Source: the human T2T-CHM13v2.0 reference genome, Homo sapiens. Taken from it: a stretch of DNA of 64,000 nt. The notes under the pieces are model-generated. The model worked only from the letters and a program-made list of their open reading frames with translations. It ran no database searches and was not told the DNA's origin. The stretch's first letter is position 1; every line of letters begins with the position of its first letter. Below, in pieces: positions 1-48,400 of this stretch. A program made the translations under genes and the position numbers. Location: NCBI RefSeq assembly GCF_009914755.1, contig NC_060947.1. One strand, written 5' to 3'.

Positions 1-3689
<3,689 letters not shown>

Positions 3690-4053
3690 AAATTCCTTCC
3701 TCCATATACCCACATCATCCTTCTTAAGTTCAGCCTTCCAAAAAGTCTAGGACATGGACACAATTCAGCTAAATTTCTGCTAAGACATAACGAAGGTAAT
3801 CTTTGCTCTAATTCCCTATAAGTTTCTTTTTTCCACCTGATACATCACCAGCCTGGTTTTTACCACCCATATTTTTATCAGCATTTAGGTTAAAACCACT
3901 TAAATAGTCTCTAATAAGTACAAAACTTTCTCTAAACTTTATATCTTCTACTTCTCCAAATCTTACTAACCTCTGTACATTACCCAGATTTGAATCTGCT
4001 TCCACAGGTTCAAGTGTCTTTTTAGCAACAGCCCGTTCCTGGTGCAAATTTCC
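3690..4053 (-). mobile_element. MST-int (ERVL-MaLR internal sequence), cut by the L1 insertion
   Basis: Resembles MaLR internal consensus and ends ...cctggtgcaaatttcc directly against the LTR. Confidence 0.7.
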
Positions 4054-4462
4054 TGTATTACTCCATTTTGTACTTCTATAAAGGAATGCCTCAGGCTGAG
4101 TAATTTGTATGAAAAACAAACTTACAGTTCTACAAGTTTTTCAAGAAGCATGACACTAGCATCTGCATCTGGTGAGAACTTCAGGGAGTTTAAAATTATA
4201 GCAGAAGATATAGAGGGAGCAGACATGTCACATGATGAGAGAAGGAATAAGAGAGAGAGGAAGTTATGCCAGATTCGTTTTAATAACCAGCTCTCACTTG
4301 AACTAATAGAGCAAGAACTCACATATAACCATGGAGATGTTACCAAACAATTCGTGAAGGATCTACTTCCATGACAAAATCACCTTCTGGCAGACCCCAC
4401 CTCCAACATTGTGGGCCACATTTCAAATGATATTTGGAAGAGACAAATATTCAAACAACATG
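4054..4462 (-). mobile_element. MST (MSTA/MSTB-like) MaLR LTR
   Basis: tgtattactccattttgtacttctataaaggaatgcctcaggctg...ccccacctccaacattg...ttcaaacaacatga matches the reverse complement of an MST LTR. Confidence 0.75.
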
Positions 4463-4969
4463 AGCAATCAAGAGGACCTATCAAGACATGTTTCAGTTGT
4501 CAAGAGTAATAAGGACCTGAGGAAAATGGCAGAGAGTGGTTGAAAATTTTTCTTGATTCACATGTTTACCTACTAAAATATGGGAGTTTAATGTGTAGTA
4601 TTGATCTTCAGACAGATAAATAAAAGAAGCAAACATAACCTCTCTAGTACTCTGATTTATTAAGCTTTTTAAATTTCTTCATTTGAGTCATTAAAACATA
4701 TATCTAATTAACTTTGTCACTGATCTTCAGTTATTTCCTCAAATTTTAGGCACTATTTACTTGTTATGGGTTTTACATATAAACACAAAATTTAGTAAAG
4801 TCTTAGAGTTCTCTGATAAGCTTTAGGAAGCTTCTCTTGTTTTTAAATTACAAGATCTTATGATTCTCTGATTTACAATTGTATCCGTGCATGTGCTCAT
4901 AGCACATATTTTACCATAAGAAGTTCTGAGAACATGTTTTAAATAAAAGATTCTAAGAAATACTACACA

Positions 4970-9505
<4,536 letters not shown>

Positions 9506-9659
9506 CTGAGGCAGCCAAAGCAGAGTTTACAGTAATAAACAAATGCATGTAAAAAGTTGAAAGATATAAATTAAACAAACATAAACTCACTAGGAACTAC
9601 AAAAAGAAAAACTAATCCCAAAGTTCACAGAGCAAAGGTGTAATAAAGACTAAACTGAT

Positions 9660-11395
9660 CAGATGCAAGATGGCCAATTTAGAAGCAGCTGTGGTCTGTG
9701 GCACTCACAGAGAGGAATGAAAAGGGGTGAGTAATTTCAGCACCTTCAACTGAAATATCCAGGTTCTCACATTGGGACTGACTAGGCAAAAATTTCGGCC
9801 CAATTATAATGTAGAAACATAGGAGGGGGAGCGATGGCTCACCCAAGAGCATAATGGAACCAAAGGAACCCCCATCCCCAGCCAAGGGAACCAGTGAGTG
9901 ATTGTGCAACCCCACCCAGAAAAACCACACTTCTTCCATGGATTTTTGCAACCCATGGATTAGGAGATTCCCTAGTTAGCCAACACCAACAGGCCTTGGG
10001 TCTGATACACAGAACTGTGTCAAGTCTCGGCAGAACAGACACTCAGTACACACAGAGACCCAGGAGTTTTACATTCTCCAGCCCCAGGATCCCTGGCTAG
10101 GAGGGAAACCCATTCCTATATATCTGTAGGAAGGGGACTGAATCCAGTGAGACAGAAAATAGAAAATGGACCTTTTCTTACAACATAGACAAAAATTAAC
10201 TCAAATTGGATCAAAAACTTAAATGTGAACCCCAAAACTATAAAAACCCTAGAAGAAAATCTAGGCAATACCATTCAGAACATAAGCATGAGCAAAGATT
10301 TTATGACAAAAACCCAAAAGCAATTGCAACAAAAGCAATAATAGACTGATGATATCTAATTAAACTAAAAAACCTCTGCACAGCAAAAGAAACTATCATC
10401 AGAGTGAACAGACAACCTACAGAAAGGGAGAAAATTTCTTCAATTTATCAATTTGACAAAGGTCTAATATCCAGAGTCTACAAGGCACTTAAACGAATTT
10501 ACAATAAATAAACAAACAACCCAATTAAAAAGTGGGCAAAAAACATGAATAGACACTTCCCAAAAGAAGACAGACATGTAGCCAACAAACATGAAAAAAG
10601 ATCAACATCACTGATCATTAGAAAAATGCAAGTCAAAACCACGATGAGATACCGTCTCATGCCAGTCAGAATGGCAATTATTAAAAAGTCAAAACACAAC
10701 AGATGCTGGCAAGGTTGCCGAGAAAAAAAAAAAGAAAAAACTTTTTTAGTTTGTTGGTGAAAGTGTAAATTAGTTCATCCACTGTTGAAGTCAGTGTGGC
10801 GACTCCTCAAAGACCCAGAGGCAGAAACACCATTTGACCCAGCAATCCCATTAATGAGTATATCCCCAAAGGAATATAATTCATTCTATTACAAACATAC
10901 ATGCATTTGTATATTAATTGCAGCAGTATTCACAATAGCAAAGATATGGAAACAATCTAAATGCCCATCAATGATAGACTGCATGTAGAAAATTTAGTAC
11001 ATGTACATATACATGGAATACTATGCAGCCATAAAAGAAATGAGATTATGTCTTTTGCAGGGTCATGAGTGGAGTTAGAAGCCATTGCCTTCAGCCAACT
11101 AATGCATCAATGGAAAATTAAAACACTACGTGTTCTTAAAGTGGGAGCTGAATGATGAGAATAGGTAGACACATGTAGTGGCACAACACACACTGGGGTC
11201 TGTCGAAGGGGCTAGTTGGGGGAGGGAGAACATCAGGAAGAATAGCTAATGGATGCTGGGCTTAATATCTAGGTGATGGAATGATCTATGCAGCAAACCA
11301 CCATGGCACATGTTTAGCTATGTAACAAACCTGTGCATCCCATACATGTATTACTGAACTAAAAATAAAAATTGAAAAGAAAATGAACAAAGTAA
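9660..11395 (+). mobile_element. L1PA13-16-like element: ~0.5 kb of 5'UTR fused directly to the last ~1.2 kb of the element
   Basis: The 5' end reads caagatggcc...agaagcagctgtggtctgtggcactcac. It switches at ~10152 to late ORF2 ([18 protein letters not shown]). The 3'UTR reads catcaggaagaatagctaatggatgctgggcttaat, then an A tail. Confidence 0.8.
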
Positions 11396-11399
11396 AAAT

Positions 11400-12628
11400 A
11401 AATAAAATTCAAAAGTAGAAAAACAACAGGAAATAGTAAAAAAAAACAGTTGTTTTTTTCAAAAGATTAAATTTACAAAGTTTTAGCTAGACTAAAAATT
11501 GAAGGGAGAAGTGTGAAAAAGGAGACATTACAACTAAAACCACATAAATTCAAAAGATTGTAAGACAACTACAAACAATTACGTGCCAACAAATGAATAA
11601 TCTAGAAGAAGTAGATTTCTTAGTAGTAGCAGAAAATTCTAGAAACCCAGAGTGTAACAAGACTGAGTCATTAAAAAATAGAAAATTTGAACAGGATAAT
11701 AATGATTAAGGAGATGTAATTACTAATCATAAACCCCCCAGCAATGAAAAGCTCAACACCAGATGGCTTCATTGGTGAATTCTACCAAACATTTAAAGAG
11801 AAGTTAACAACAAACTTTCATAAACTCTTCTAAAAAATTGAAGAGGACGTATTTTTGAACTCATTTTGTTAGGTCAGAGTTACCCTTATGTGAAAGCCAG
11901 ACAAAGACAGTATAAGAAAACATAATTCCAAGTCAATATTTCTGTTGAATATTGATCCAAAAATCTGAAACAAAATACTAGCAAACTAATGCAACAGCAT
12001 ATTAGAAGAGTAATACATCATGAGCAAGTGCTAATTATCCTTAGGGTGCAAGCATGCTTTAACATATGTAAGTCAATAAGGGTAATACACCACATTAACA
12101 GAAAGAAGGTTAAAGATTACAAGATTATTTCAAAACATTCAGAAAAAAAATTTCAAAAATTTAATGCACTTTTATAATAAAATCTCTCAACAGTCTAAGT
12201 TTTGAAAGAATTTACCTCAACACAATAAAAGCAATATATTAAAAACCTGCAGTTTTCACATTATATTCGGTGAAAACTTCAAAGCTTTTCCTCCAAGAAA
12301 AGGAACAAGGCAATAAAACTTACTCCTTCCACTTCTACTGAACATAGTTTTGGAAGTCTCAGCCAGAGAAATTAGGCAATAAAAAAATTAAAAGCCATCC
12401 AAATTAGAAAGAAGTGCAATTGTCTCAATTTGCAAATGACATGGTATTATTAATATGTATAGAAAACCCTAAAGGCTCCACGAAAATCATCTGTTAGAAT
12501 TAGTAAACACATTCGGTAATGTTGTAGGATACAAAATCAACATTAACAAATCAGTTGCTTTTTTCTACATTAATAATGAACTATACAAAAATAAATTACG
12601 AAAAAATCACAATCACAATAGCATCAAA
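11400..12628 (+). mobile_element. Older L1M ORF2 fragment; continuation of a piece at 9506-9655
   Basis: Degenerate ORF2 (QQHIRRVIHHEQV, ttgcaaatgacatg). 9506-9655 matches the ORF2 segment immediately preceding it. Confidence 0.75.
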
Positions 12629-12632
12629 TTAG

Positions 12633-13640
12633 TTATTTCAGCAAGATGGTGGAGTAGAAAGTCTCAGGTTCTATTTCATGCCACAGAAAGTTCACCTAGC
12701 AAATACCCACAGGTCAGAATAAGAATATATTTTTGAAAACCCCAGTACTTGAAAACAAACCTGAGGCTCTGTGTGGTCCATAGAACTAAATGAAAACCAA
12801 ATTATGAGGGTTAGAGTAGCCTCATTTTTATTATGCCTCCTCTCCCCCTCCCCCAAGTTGACACAATTCAAGATAAAGAGGATTCCCCTAAGGCTATCAA
12901 CCCAGAGAAAGAAGTGGAAGTAGCTGTACACCTTCCCTAGAATTCCAACACACTTCCCTGGAAGCCCACTCTGGCTTCACTTCACAAGGGACACTGGGGT
13001 TAATAATACTGCTAAGCCACACAACGTTGGATAAAATCTAAGAAGGTGGAGCTCGCAGTAACTGGTATGCAGATCTTGGTGGTATTTTCATGTTCCTGCC
13101 CATTGTGGTGCCCGATTGGCTACACCAACTGCATAGCTCACGCATAAAGATGAGCTGGTTGTTTCCCGAAGCACAGTGGGAAATTCAATTTTGTTTAATT
13201 CCGCAGGTGACTAGGCTCCACACCCAGCCTCAGAGCCCACCACAATGACCCTGCTAAGGCAGAAAAATGCTCATGTGCATGCATTTTGGAGAGACACGGG
13301 AGCTATACGTGCTTTCCCAGGAGTCTAAAAATGTCTCAGATCAACTAAAATCTTATTTCAATGACCCAACTCAGGCAGGAAGATCCTCACCTCTTTGCAT
13401 TTTGGAGAAGCATAGAAGCTACACTTGCTCAACAAAAAAGAACAAATAGCAGCTCAACTCAGCCAAAATCACACCCCACATCGCCCACTTGGGGAGGCAA
13501 TCTTCAATTGTGAATTTCTGAGGAGCATAGGCCTGGTCTCACTTGTTCTGAGTGGTGACTCTGACTAACCTCGGAGCCCAGCCTGAAGCCCTGTCCAACT
13601 GGAGAACTGGAGATCCCAAATAGCAGAGTTACTTAGGCAG
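12633..13640 (+). mobile_element. L1M (L1MA/L1M2-type) 5'UTR fragment
   Basis: Starts with tcagcaagatggtggagtag, typical of an old L1 5' end. GC content is higher than the flanks. Confidence 0.6.
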
Positions 13641-13721
13641 GTATATTAGTCAGGGTTCTCTAGAGGGACAGAACTAATACTCACTCTCTCTCTCTCTCTC
13701 AGAGGGCCAGAACTAATACTA

Positions 13722-13781
<60 letters not shown>

Positions 13782-13816
13782 CACATATATGTATATATAT
13801 ATAAAATACATATATA
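13641..13816 (+). repeat. MLT2 (ERVL LTR) terminal stub, partly duplicated, with (TC)n and (TA)n microsatellites
   Basis: gtatattagtcagggttctctagagggacagaactaata is an MLT2 terminus. It recurs as agagggccagaactaatac, followed by TC and TA runs. Confidence 0.75.
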
Positions 13817-13819
13817 TTA

Positions 13820-16467
13820 ATTATGAATTCTTTATCAGATGTATGACTTGCAAGTATTTGCTTCCAATCTGTAGGTGTTATATTTCAATCTGTTCATTGT
13901 CCCTTTTGTTGTGCAGAAGCTTTTAATTTGATGTAATCCCATTTGCTTATTTTTCCTTTTGTTATTGCCCTATTGAGGTCAAATCTAAAAACAAAAAAAA
14001 TCATTGCCCAGACCAATATCATGTAGCTTGCCTCCCTCTCTGTTTTGTTCTAGTAGTTTTAAAGATTCAGTTATTATGTTTATATCTTTAATCCATTTTG
14101 AATTGATTTTTGAATATGTTGTGAAACAAGAATTCAATTTAATTATCTTGCATATGGATATCCAGTTTTCTCAATGCCATTTATTGAAAAGACGTTTTTA
14201 ACATTGCATATTCTTGACATGTTTGTTAAATATCCATTGAGCATACATGAGTGAGCTCATTTACAGGATCTCTATCCTGGTTCCTTGTTTGATGTATCTG
14301 TTTATGACAGTACCATGCTATTTCAATTGCTGTTACTTTGTAGCATAGTTGGAAATCAGGAATGTGAAGCCCACAGCTTTTGTATTTTGCTCATAATTGC
14401 CTTGGCTATCCTGGGGTTTTTGTAGTTTTATATGCATTTTAGAATTTTTTAATATGTCTGTGAAAATAATATTGTAATTTAATAAGGACTGCATTGAATC
14501 TGTAGATAGCTTTGGGTAGCATGGACATTTAAACAATATTAATTCTTCAAATTCATGTACACAGAATAACTTTACATTCATTTGCATCCTTTATCATTTT
14601 GATTAATGTTTTATAGTTTTTAGCGTACAGGTCATTCACTTCCTTTGTTAAATTTATTTATAAGTGTTTTGCTTTTTTTCTGTAGCTATTGTAAATGTGA
14701 TTGTTCTTCTTATTTCTTTTTTATTAATAAAAAGTTAATGGCTAATGTAAAGAAACACTACTGATTTTTGCATATTGAATTTGATTTTGTATCCTGAAAC
14801 TGTACTGAATTTGTTCATTAGTTTTAACAGTTTTTTGGGTAGACTCTTCAGAGTTTTCCACATGTAAGACCATGTCATCAGTAAATAGCAGTATTTTTAT
14901 TTCTTTGTCAATTTGGATGCCTTTTATTTCTTTCTCTTACCTTATTGCTCTGTCAAGGATTTCCAATTCTATATTGAGCAGATACAGTAAGAGTGAGAAT
15001 ACTTGTCTCGCTCTAGGTCTTAGGGTAAAAAATTCCAATGGTTAACCAGTAAGTAAAATATTAGCTTTGGCATTATTAATTGTGGACTTAATTGTGTTGA
15101 AGTACATTTGATCTATATCTAATTTTAAGTGGTTTTACATAAAAAATAAATTTCATCAAATGCTTTCTCTTCCTGTCTTGGGATGATCATATGATTTTTG
15201 TTTTTCATTCTCTTAATGTGGTGTAGCACATTTATTGATTTGTGAATGTTGAGTTATCCTTGCATTCCAGGGATAAATCCTACTAGATCACTGTAAATGA
15301 TCTTTTTAGTGTGCTGTTGAATTCAGTTTGCTAGTATTTTGTTGAGGATTTTTCCATTGGTGTATATTAAAAATATTTATCTGTAGTTTTCTTTCCATTT
15401 GGCTTTGGTATCACAATAATGCTGGCCTTATAAAAGCAGTTTGAAAGGATTCCCTTTTCTTTATATTTTTATCTGGAATAATCTGATTAGAATCTGTGTA
15501 TTACTTCTTCTTCAATGTTTGGTAGAATTCAACAATAAAGCCATTAATTGTTGGGCTTTTCTTTGATGGGAGACTTTTTTATTATGTATTTGATCTCATT
15601 ACTAGTTTTTGGTGTGTTCTGGCTTTATATTTCTGTAGTATCAGTTTTAATGTCTGCTTCTCCATTTCTACATTTATTTCTTCGCATCTTTCATATTTGT
15701 TCTTTGTTATTCTACCTGAAGGTTTGTTTATTTTGTTTACCTTTTCAGCAAACTAACTCACAGTTTTCTTGACATTTTGCATTGTTTTCCCAGTCTATAT
15801 ATACTCTATGTCTGCTCTGATCATTATTACATATTTTATTCTGCTAACAGTGAGCTCAATTTGTTTTCCTTCTTTCTCTATAACTTTGAGAAATGACATT
15901 GTGTTTATATATTTCTCCTTCTTGATGTAGGCATTTTTTACTATAAACTTTTCTCTTAAAACTGCATTCATGACCTTTTCAAGTTTTATTGCGTTGTGTT
16001 ACCATTTTTGTTTGTCTCAAAACATTTTTTAGTTTACCTTTTAATTTGTTCATTGACCTCTTGGCTATTCAAAAGTATATTGTTTAATTTTCATGTATTT
16101 GTGAATATTCCAAAATTCCACCTGTTACTAGTTTCTGGATTCATATAATTGTGGTTCAAATAGATTAACTTGCTAAGATATGGCTTGTAGGCTAACAAAA
16201 GATGTATCCTGGTAAATGTTCTCTGTGTGCTTGAGAAGAATATATATTCTATGATGTTAGCTGAAATGTTCTGTATACGTCTGTTAAGTTCATTTGGTCT
16301 AGAGTGTTGTTCAAATCCAGTGTTTCCTTATGAATTTTATGTTTGGATGATAGTTCCATAATTGAAAATGGTGTATTGAAGTCCCCTACTATTATTGTTT
16401 TGCAATATGTATGTCCCTTCATATCGTTTAATATTCACTTTATATATGTAGGTGTTCCACTGTTGGA

Positions 16468-16519
<52 letters not shown>

Positions 16520-19290
16520 ATTATATTGATGAATTGACCTTTTTATCATGACGTAATGCCTTTCACTTTTTGACTTAAATTTTATTCTGTCTGACATAAG
16601 TATTACTATCTCTACTCTCTTTTGGTTTCCATTTGTGTAGAATATCTATTTACACCCTTCACTTCCAGTCTTTTGGTGTCTTTAAAAGCAAAGTAAGTCT
16701 TTGTAGACAAAATATAGTTTATTCTTGTTATTGTTTATTCATTCAATAACTCTAATTGGATAATTTAATCTATTTACACTCAAGGAAATTATTAATAGGT
16801 AAAAACGACAGCCATTCGTTGTTTACTGATTGTTTTTAAATGCTTTCTTTCTTCCTCTTTTGCTGTCTTTTGTGGCTTGATGCTTTCCTGTAGTAGGAAT
16901 ATAATCCTTTCTATTTTTCTTTTGTACATCAAGTATATATTTTTGGTTTTGGTCACCATGAAGTATACATATAATATTTTACACTAATATTGGTTTATTT
17001 CAAGCTGATAGCCACTTAATTTTAATGTATACAACTCTACATTTTAACTTTCCTCCTTGTTTTATGTGTTTAATGCTAGAATTAACATTATTTGCATCAT
17101 TTACATCATTTTGTAATATGTGTTTTATTTATACTATTATAAGTATTACTTATACTATTGAGTTTTGTGCTTTTATAAGTTTTATGTTATTAGTTAGCAG
17201 CCTTTTGTTTCTCTTTCAAATTTTTTTTATCAACTTCTGTATGGCAGGCGTAGTGGTGATTAATTCCCTTACATTTTGTTTGCCTGGGAAATATTTTATT
17301 TCTCTCTCATTTCTGCAATACAGATTTGCTAGGTAGTATATACTTGGTTGGCGTTTTTTTTCTTTAGCATTTTAAATACATAATCCCACTCATTCATTAT
17401 TTTGAAAAATATCTTTTCTGACACTTTTTTCTTTTTTTTACTTCTTAAAGGTTTACTAGGCATAGGTTGTCTTTTGATTATGCCCAATAATTTCCATAAT
17501 CTTTCTCCATACTTTTTTATTGTTTTTTGTTTTTTGCTCTTCTGACTAATTTCACATGTTATCTTTATGATGATTGATTATTTATTCAGCTTGTTTGAGG
17601 TGGGTGTTGAAGCTTTCTGTTTAAATTTTCAATTTTGTCATTTTATTTTTTACCTCTAGGGTTTTTTATTTGTTCTTTATTGTTTCTGATTTTTCTCAAA
17701 GTTCTTATTTTTATGTATTATTTGTGATTTTTTTAAAAAAAATCTGAAGCTCAATGAACCTTTTTTAAACTGGATTATTCTGAATTTTTTCTGATATTTC
17801 ATAGACCTTTCCTTTTTGTTGTTTATTTTTGGCACTTTGCTAGTTTCCTTTGGCGGTGTCATGATTTCCTGAGTCTTTGTAACCCTCACGTCCCTCTGTT
17901 GTTGTTGTTTGTGTATTTGTGGAGACAGCCACCTTTTCTGACTTTTGCAGGTGTTATTTGGCAAGGATAGACCTTTACTATTTAGCTAGCTTACGATTCT
18001 GGATGGGACAGCTAGTAATAACCCTGAAAAGACAGTTTTCTTTTGGGTTTTCTAGATTGTTAGGCTGCTGCCTTTGGTGTGAATTCTGATAGTGTAGCTG
18101 GCTAGGCTCCACTATCCAGCAAAACCACTGGCTAAACTCTGCAATTAGCTTAACCTTCTGATTTGGCTGGGTCACAGGATATATTCTCTGGCTAGAAAGC
18201 ACTGCTTTTTTAGTTCAGCAGTTGATCAGGGTTGCAGACATGGACCTGAGGTTAAGTAGATAAAAATGAATAGAATAAATATTAAGCTCAGTAGAAATAC
18301 ATGCTTGAGATTTTCTTCCATTCCTGGGTAGCATTTGTGGGTGTGCTTTGAGGCCACTTGGAGCACGATTTAAATCTTCTGGTATGGCACAACTAGTGCA
18401 TCACTTTTGTAAAAATTTGCTGTGGTGGTTGTCTGTCTTTCTGGGTGGGGCCCCAGATAGGGTTTGAGGATGGACCTGGAGGCTGGCCATCTAGGGATTC
18501 AAGCCAGGTAGCGCTTTTCACTTCTTCTGGCAGTGATCAGCTTGGCTGCTTGGTTTTGTGGGTAGGATGTTGCTAGCTGGTACCGTTATTTAAAAAAGAA
18601 TCCTTTCTGACACTTTTTTTTTCTTTTACTTCTTAAATTCCTACTAGGCACAGGCCGTCTCTTAATGGTGTCCCATAATTCCCATAGACTTTCTCCATTA
18701 TTTTTTATTCATTTTTCTTTTTGTTCTTCTAATTTAGTAATATCAAATGTTGTCATTGTGCTGATTAATTCTTACTGCAGCTTGATTGAGCACCACTGCT
18801 AGCTGGTACACTGAGCTACCACCCAAATCTGTTCACTGGTTTCCTTGGGCTCTGTTTCCTTTCTTCATTTCTACCTGATCCCAAGTGGTCTACTTATGAA
18901 TTTTCCCTCTATATTCCCTGTTTCCCATAAGGTGGAAACTGAGTAGGCCTCCTGTCTCACAATGCCGGGGAAGCTGGATGTCAACTTCCCTGGTCATCTT
19001 TTCCCACTGTAGATGCCATAAATCCTGGGGAATCCTCTCTGTGTGGTGCTGTGCCAACCTGGGGCTGTTTGAGGGGTGATATGCTCAGAGTGAAACTGTT
19101 TCTGCTACCATTTCAATGCAGATTTTCATTCTGTTCCATTGAGCATGCAGTTGACTTAGGATAATTCCCACATTTTGAGGTTTTAACCAAGTTGTTCTTT
19201 TAAATTTTATTTTCTATAGTTGCTAGTTGATATTTCTGTGGTGGAGTGAAGCCTGGGACCACCTATTTTGGCATCTTGCTGATGTCACTC
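13820..19290 (-). mobile_element. Old LINE-1 (L1MA/L1M2-like), 5'UTR through most of ORF2, lacking its 3' end
   Basis: T-rich antisense ORF2 and ORF1 remnants. The 5' end on the minus strand reads gagtgacatcagcaagatg at ~19290. Confidence 0.85.
16470..16515. repeat. Perfect (AT)23 microsatellite inside the L1
   Basis: Read directly from the sequence. Confidence 0.95.
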
Positions 19291-20679
19291 TACTTGTAGA
19301 AATGTTTAAATGCAAAATATTATATGCAGAAAAATTACCTATAATTATTAGCATTTTTATGTGTTTACATCAATTTTTACAATAAATTTATTTGCTTTAT
19401 ATGATATATATCAAACTGCATGAATAGTTTTATGTTCCATTTTTTCAAGTAAATGTTAAGTATATGATGATGAGCAAAATGAACATGATTCCTACTGTCA
19501 TGAAAATATAGGATTTACTGAAACCATTCCGTAGTTTCGAACATTTAGAGTATTTCTAGATTTTAATATTTATGTAGAACTGTAATTAATGCCTTTGTGC
19601 TAAATATTAATTTACTTAGGAATGAATTTACTCTGCCAGAGGAGTGAAATTACATTTTTATGGCTTTTAACTCATAGTTAATATTCCTTTCAAATACATA
19701 ATAGTGGTTCACTTTTACTTAGAAATTAAATGGCCTTATATTACCTTCCTTAAGATAATGCTATTTGACTAGCTTGTGAAATTAGTTTGTTCAATGAAAA
19801 AGTTATGAGATATACTGCTTTGTACTGCTCAGGTAAAAATTATCTTGGTGTCTTGGATCACATTTTTTTCATTAAAAGATAAAATATCATTATTATATAA
19901 GAAATATAAACTTACAAAAATGAAATAAAAATTCAATGACAAAAAGTGGTGAAAAATAAAAACTAATGAATTGCTTTTTCTCCTGTGGCTAGAAATATGG
20001 TCACTGTTATCTAAAACACATATGGGCAATTTTACCTGTATACATTCCTACCTGCCCAGAAAGGTTTTTTATCTATAATGAATAATTCACATTTATGGGT
20101 TTTATATACCAAGTAGCTGTTTATAACTTGTTCTAACACAACTCTGTGCATAATAAGAGTTGTTTTAAGCTTTGGGTGAAAAGTTTTTTTCAGATTTGTC
20201 AATAGTAGTTTAATAGATAGTTTACTTTTGCTGAATTTACATATCCAAGAATAAGACATCTTCAAGTTATTTTATGGAAATACCACTATAAATGTACAAA
20301 AAGGTTGTAGAGGAGAAAAGCCTAAAAGTGAAGAAAATGTAGTAAGCTACCACTGCTCTTTTTAGAGGAAAACTTATATTCTTCTATTTTCCTTTCAGCA
20401 CATATATCTCTTACACACACAAATATACACACATAAACACATCTTTGTGCACACATGCACATTCAAAGTTAGTGTTAAAATAGGCTGATATGAAATAATT
20501 AAATATTTAATAAACCAAACAGGTAGATTCAATTAATGAATACTGACTAATTCAGTTCAAGTTTTAAAAAGTGGAGTGTGAACACATCCACAATTTAAAA
20601 ATAGGTTTCAAAAACACCTGTGCACTTTAAAATATGACTACTCTGTCCCTTTTAAATTTCTTTTATTTACAATCCCTTT

Positions 20680-20689
20680 ATGATGTCAT
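20680..20689. promoter_or_regulatory. CRE-like element ATGATGTCAT in the CYLC1 proximal promoter
   Basis: One mismatch from the palindrome ATGACGTCAT, 63-72 nt upstream of the ATG. CREM-tau activates many spermatid genes through such sites, but function here is inferred. Confidence 0.5.
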
Positions 20690-20751
20690 CACTCAACATT
20701 ACCAGTTTCAACTTACTATGCTCAAGTCCAGGCAACGTACAGGCAGGGGAA

Positions 20752-47505
<26,754 letters not shown>

Positions 47506-47596
47506 AGAACAACTGAGCACTTGGTTTCACAGAATGGCCTTACCACAGTAAGCACCACCTACTCTCAAATGAGCATTTCTACCTCTGTGGAACTGA

Positions 47597-47602
47597 AATA
47601 AA
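47597..47602 (+). terminator. Likely CYLC1 polyadenylation signal AATAAA; a second lies at 47842-47847
   Basis: About 90 nt after the stop codon, with a G/U-rich element gttgctttttt downstream. Confidence 0.65.
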
Positions 47603-47927
47603 AACAAGTCTTCCATGAGTATCAAGAGTTGCTTTTTTGCATATAATTTACAGAAGTGATTTATAGACATGTTTTTTATTATTTATCAAATGTCTCAATT
47701 ATTCATACCAAAATAATTTAGCATTTTACCCCATGTTCTCAAGCTTCAGTCTGGAAACTATTTCTGAGTTTGGGTTCAAATGTACTCTGCTTCAATACTC
47801 TTACCATATTTCATTAAATTTCTCTTTTACTTAGCATTCAAAATAAAAGTAAATAGAGAATGAAAGGGAGGAAGCAGATCTTCCACACCCTTAAGAGAAA
47901 TAGAGAATATACATAGATATTAACCCC

Positions 47928-48400
47928 TGACAAAAATTTTTTGTTTGGCCAAACTTTCATCATACTCCTGAACCATATCCTAGGCCTATCTAGGCATTTC
48001 CCTTGTAAAATCCGTTTTAGCAAAAAAGCTGCTAAATCAGTTTATCAAGAGTCTTACACCCTTAATAACTGATCCTTCAATATGTGATCGGGTTTCTCAT
48101 CATCCATCATCTTCCAGGTGATTTCTCATCACCCTAGAATCCTGTTAAGTCAGTATAGCCAGAATCCCCCCTTATCCCCGATGTTACCTCTCAGTAATTT
48201 TCCATCCACTGACTAGCACCCTGCTTTTTGACTATAAATTCCTACTTGCTCATTCTATATTCAGAGTTGAGCCCAATCTCTCTCCTCCAGTGAAATACCC
48301 CATTCCCATGGTCCCTACACCTATCCAATGATAGCTTCCCTTTGAAGAAAGTCTGCTTACCATCTTCAATGAGTGTCAGTGAATATGTTTTTCTTTAACA
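47928..48400 (+). mobile_element. MER31-like ERV1 solo LTR
   Basis: TG...CA termini; ttggccaaacttt, ctgttaagtcagt, TATA-like ctataaattcc and gagttgagcccaatctctc. Confidence 0.7.

Noticed and set aside
19280-19287. Second TGATGTCA CRE-like site 1.5 kb upstream of CYLC1
   Set aside because: It is the decayed 5' terminus of the L1M element; nothing indicates co-option.
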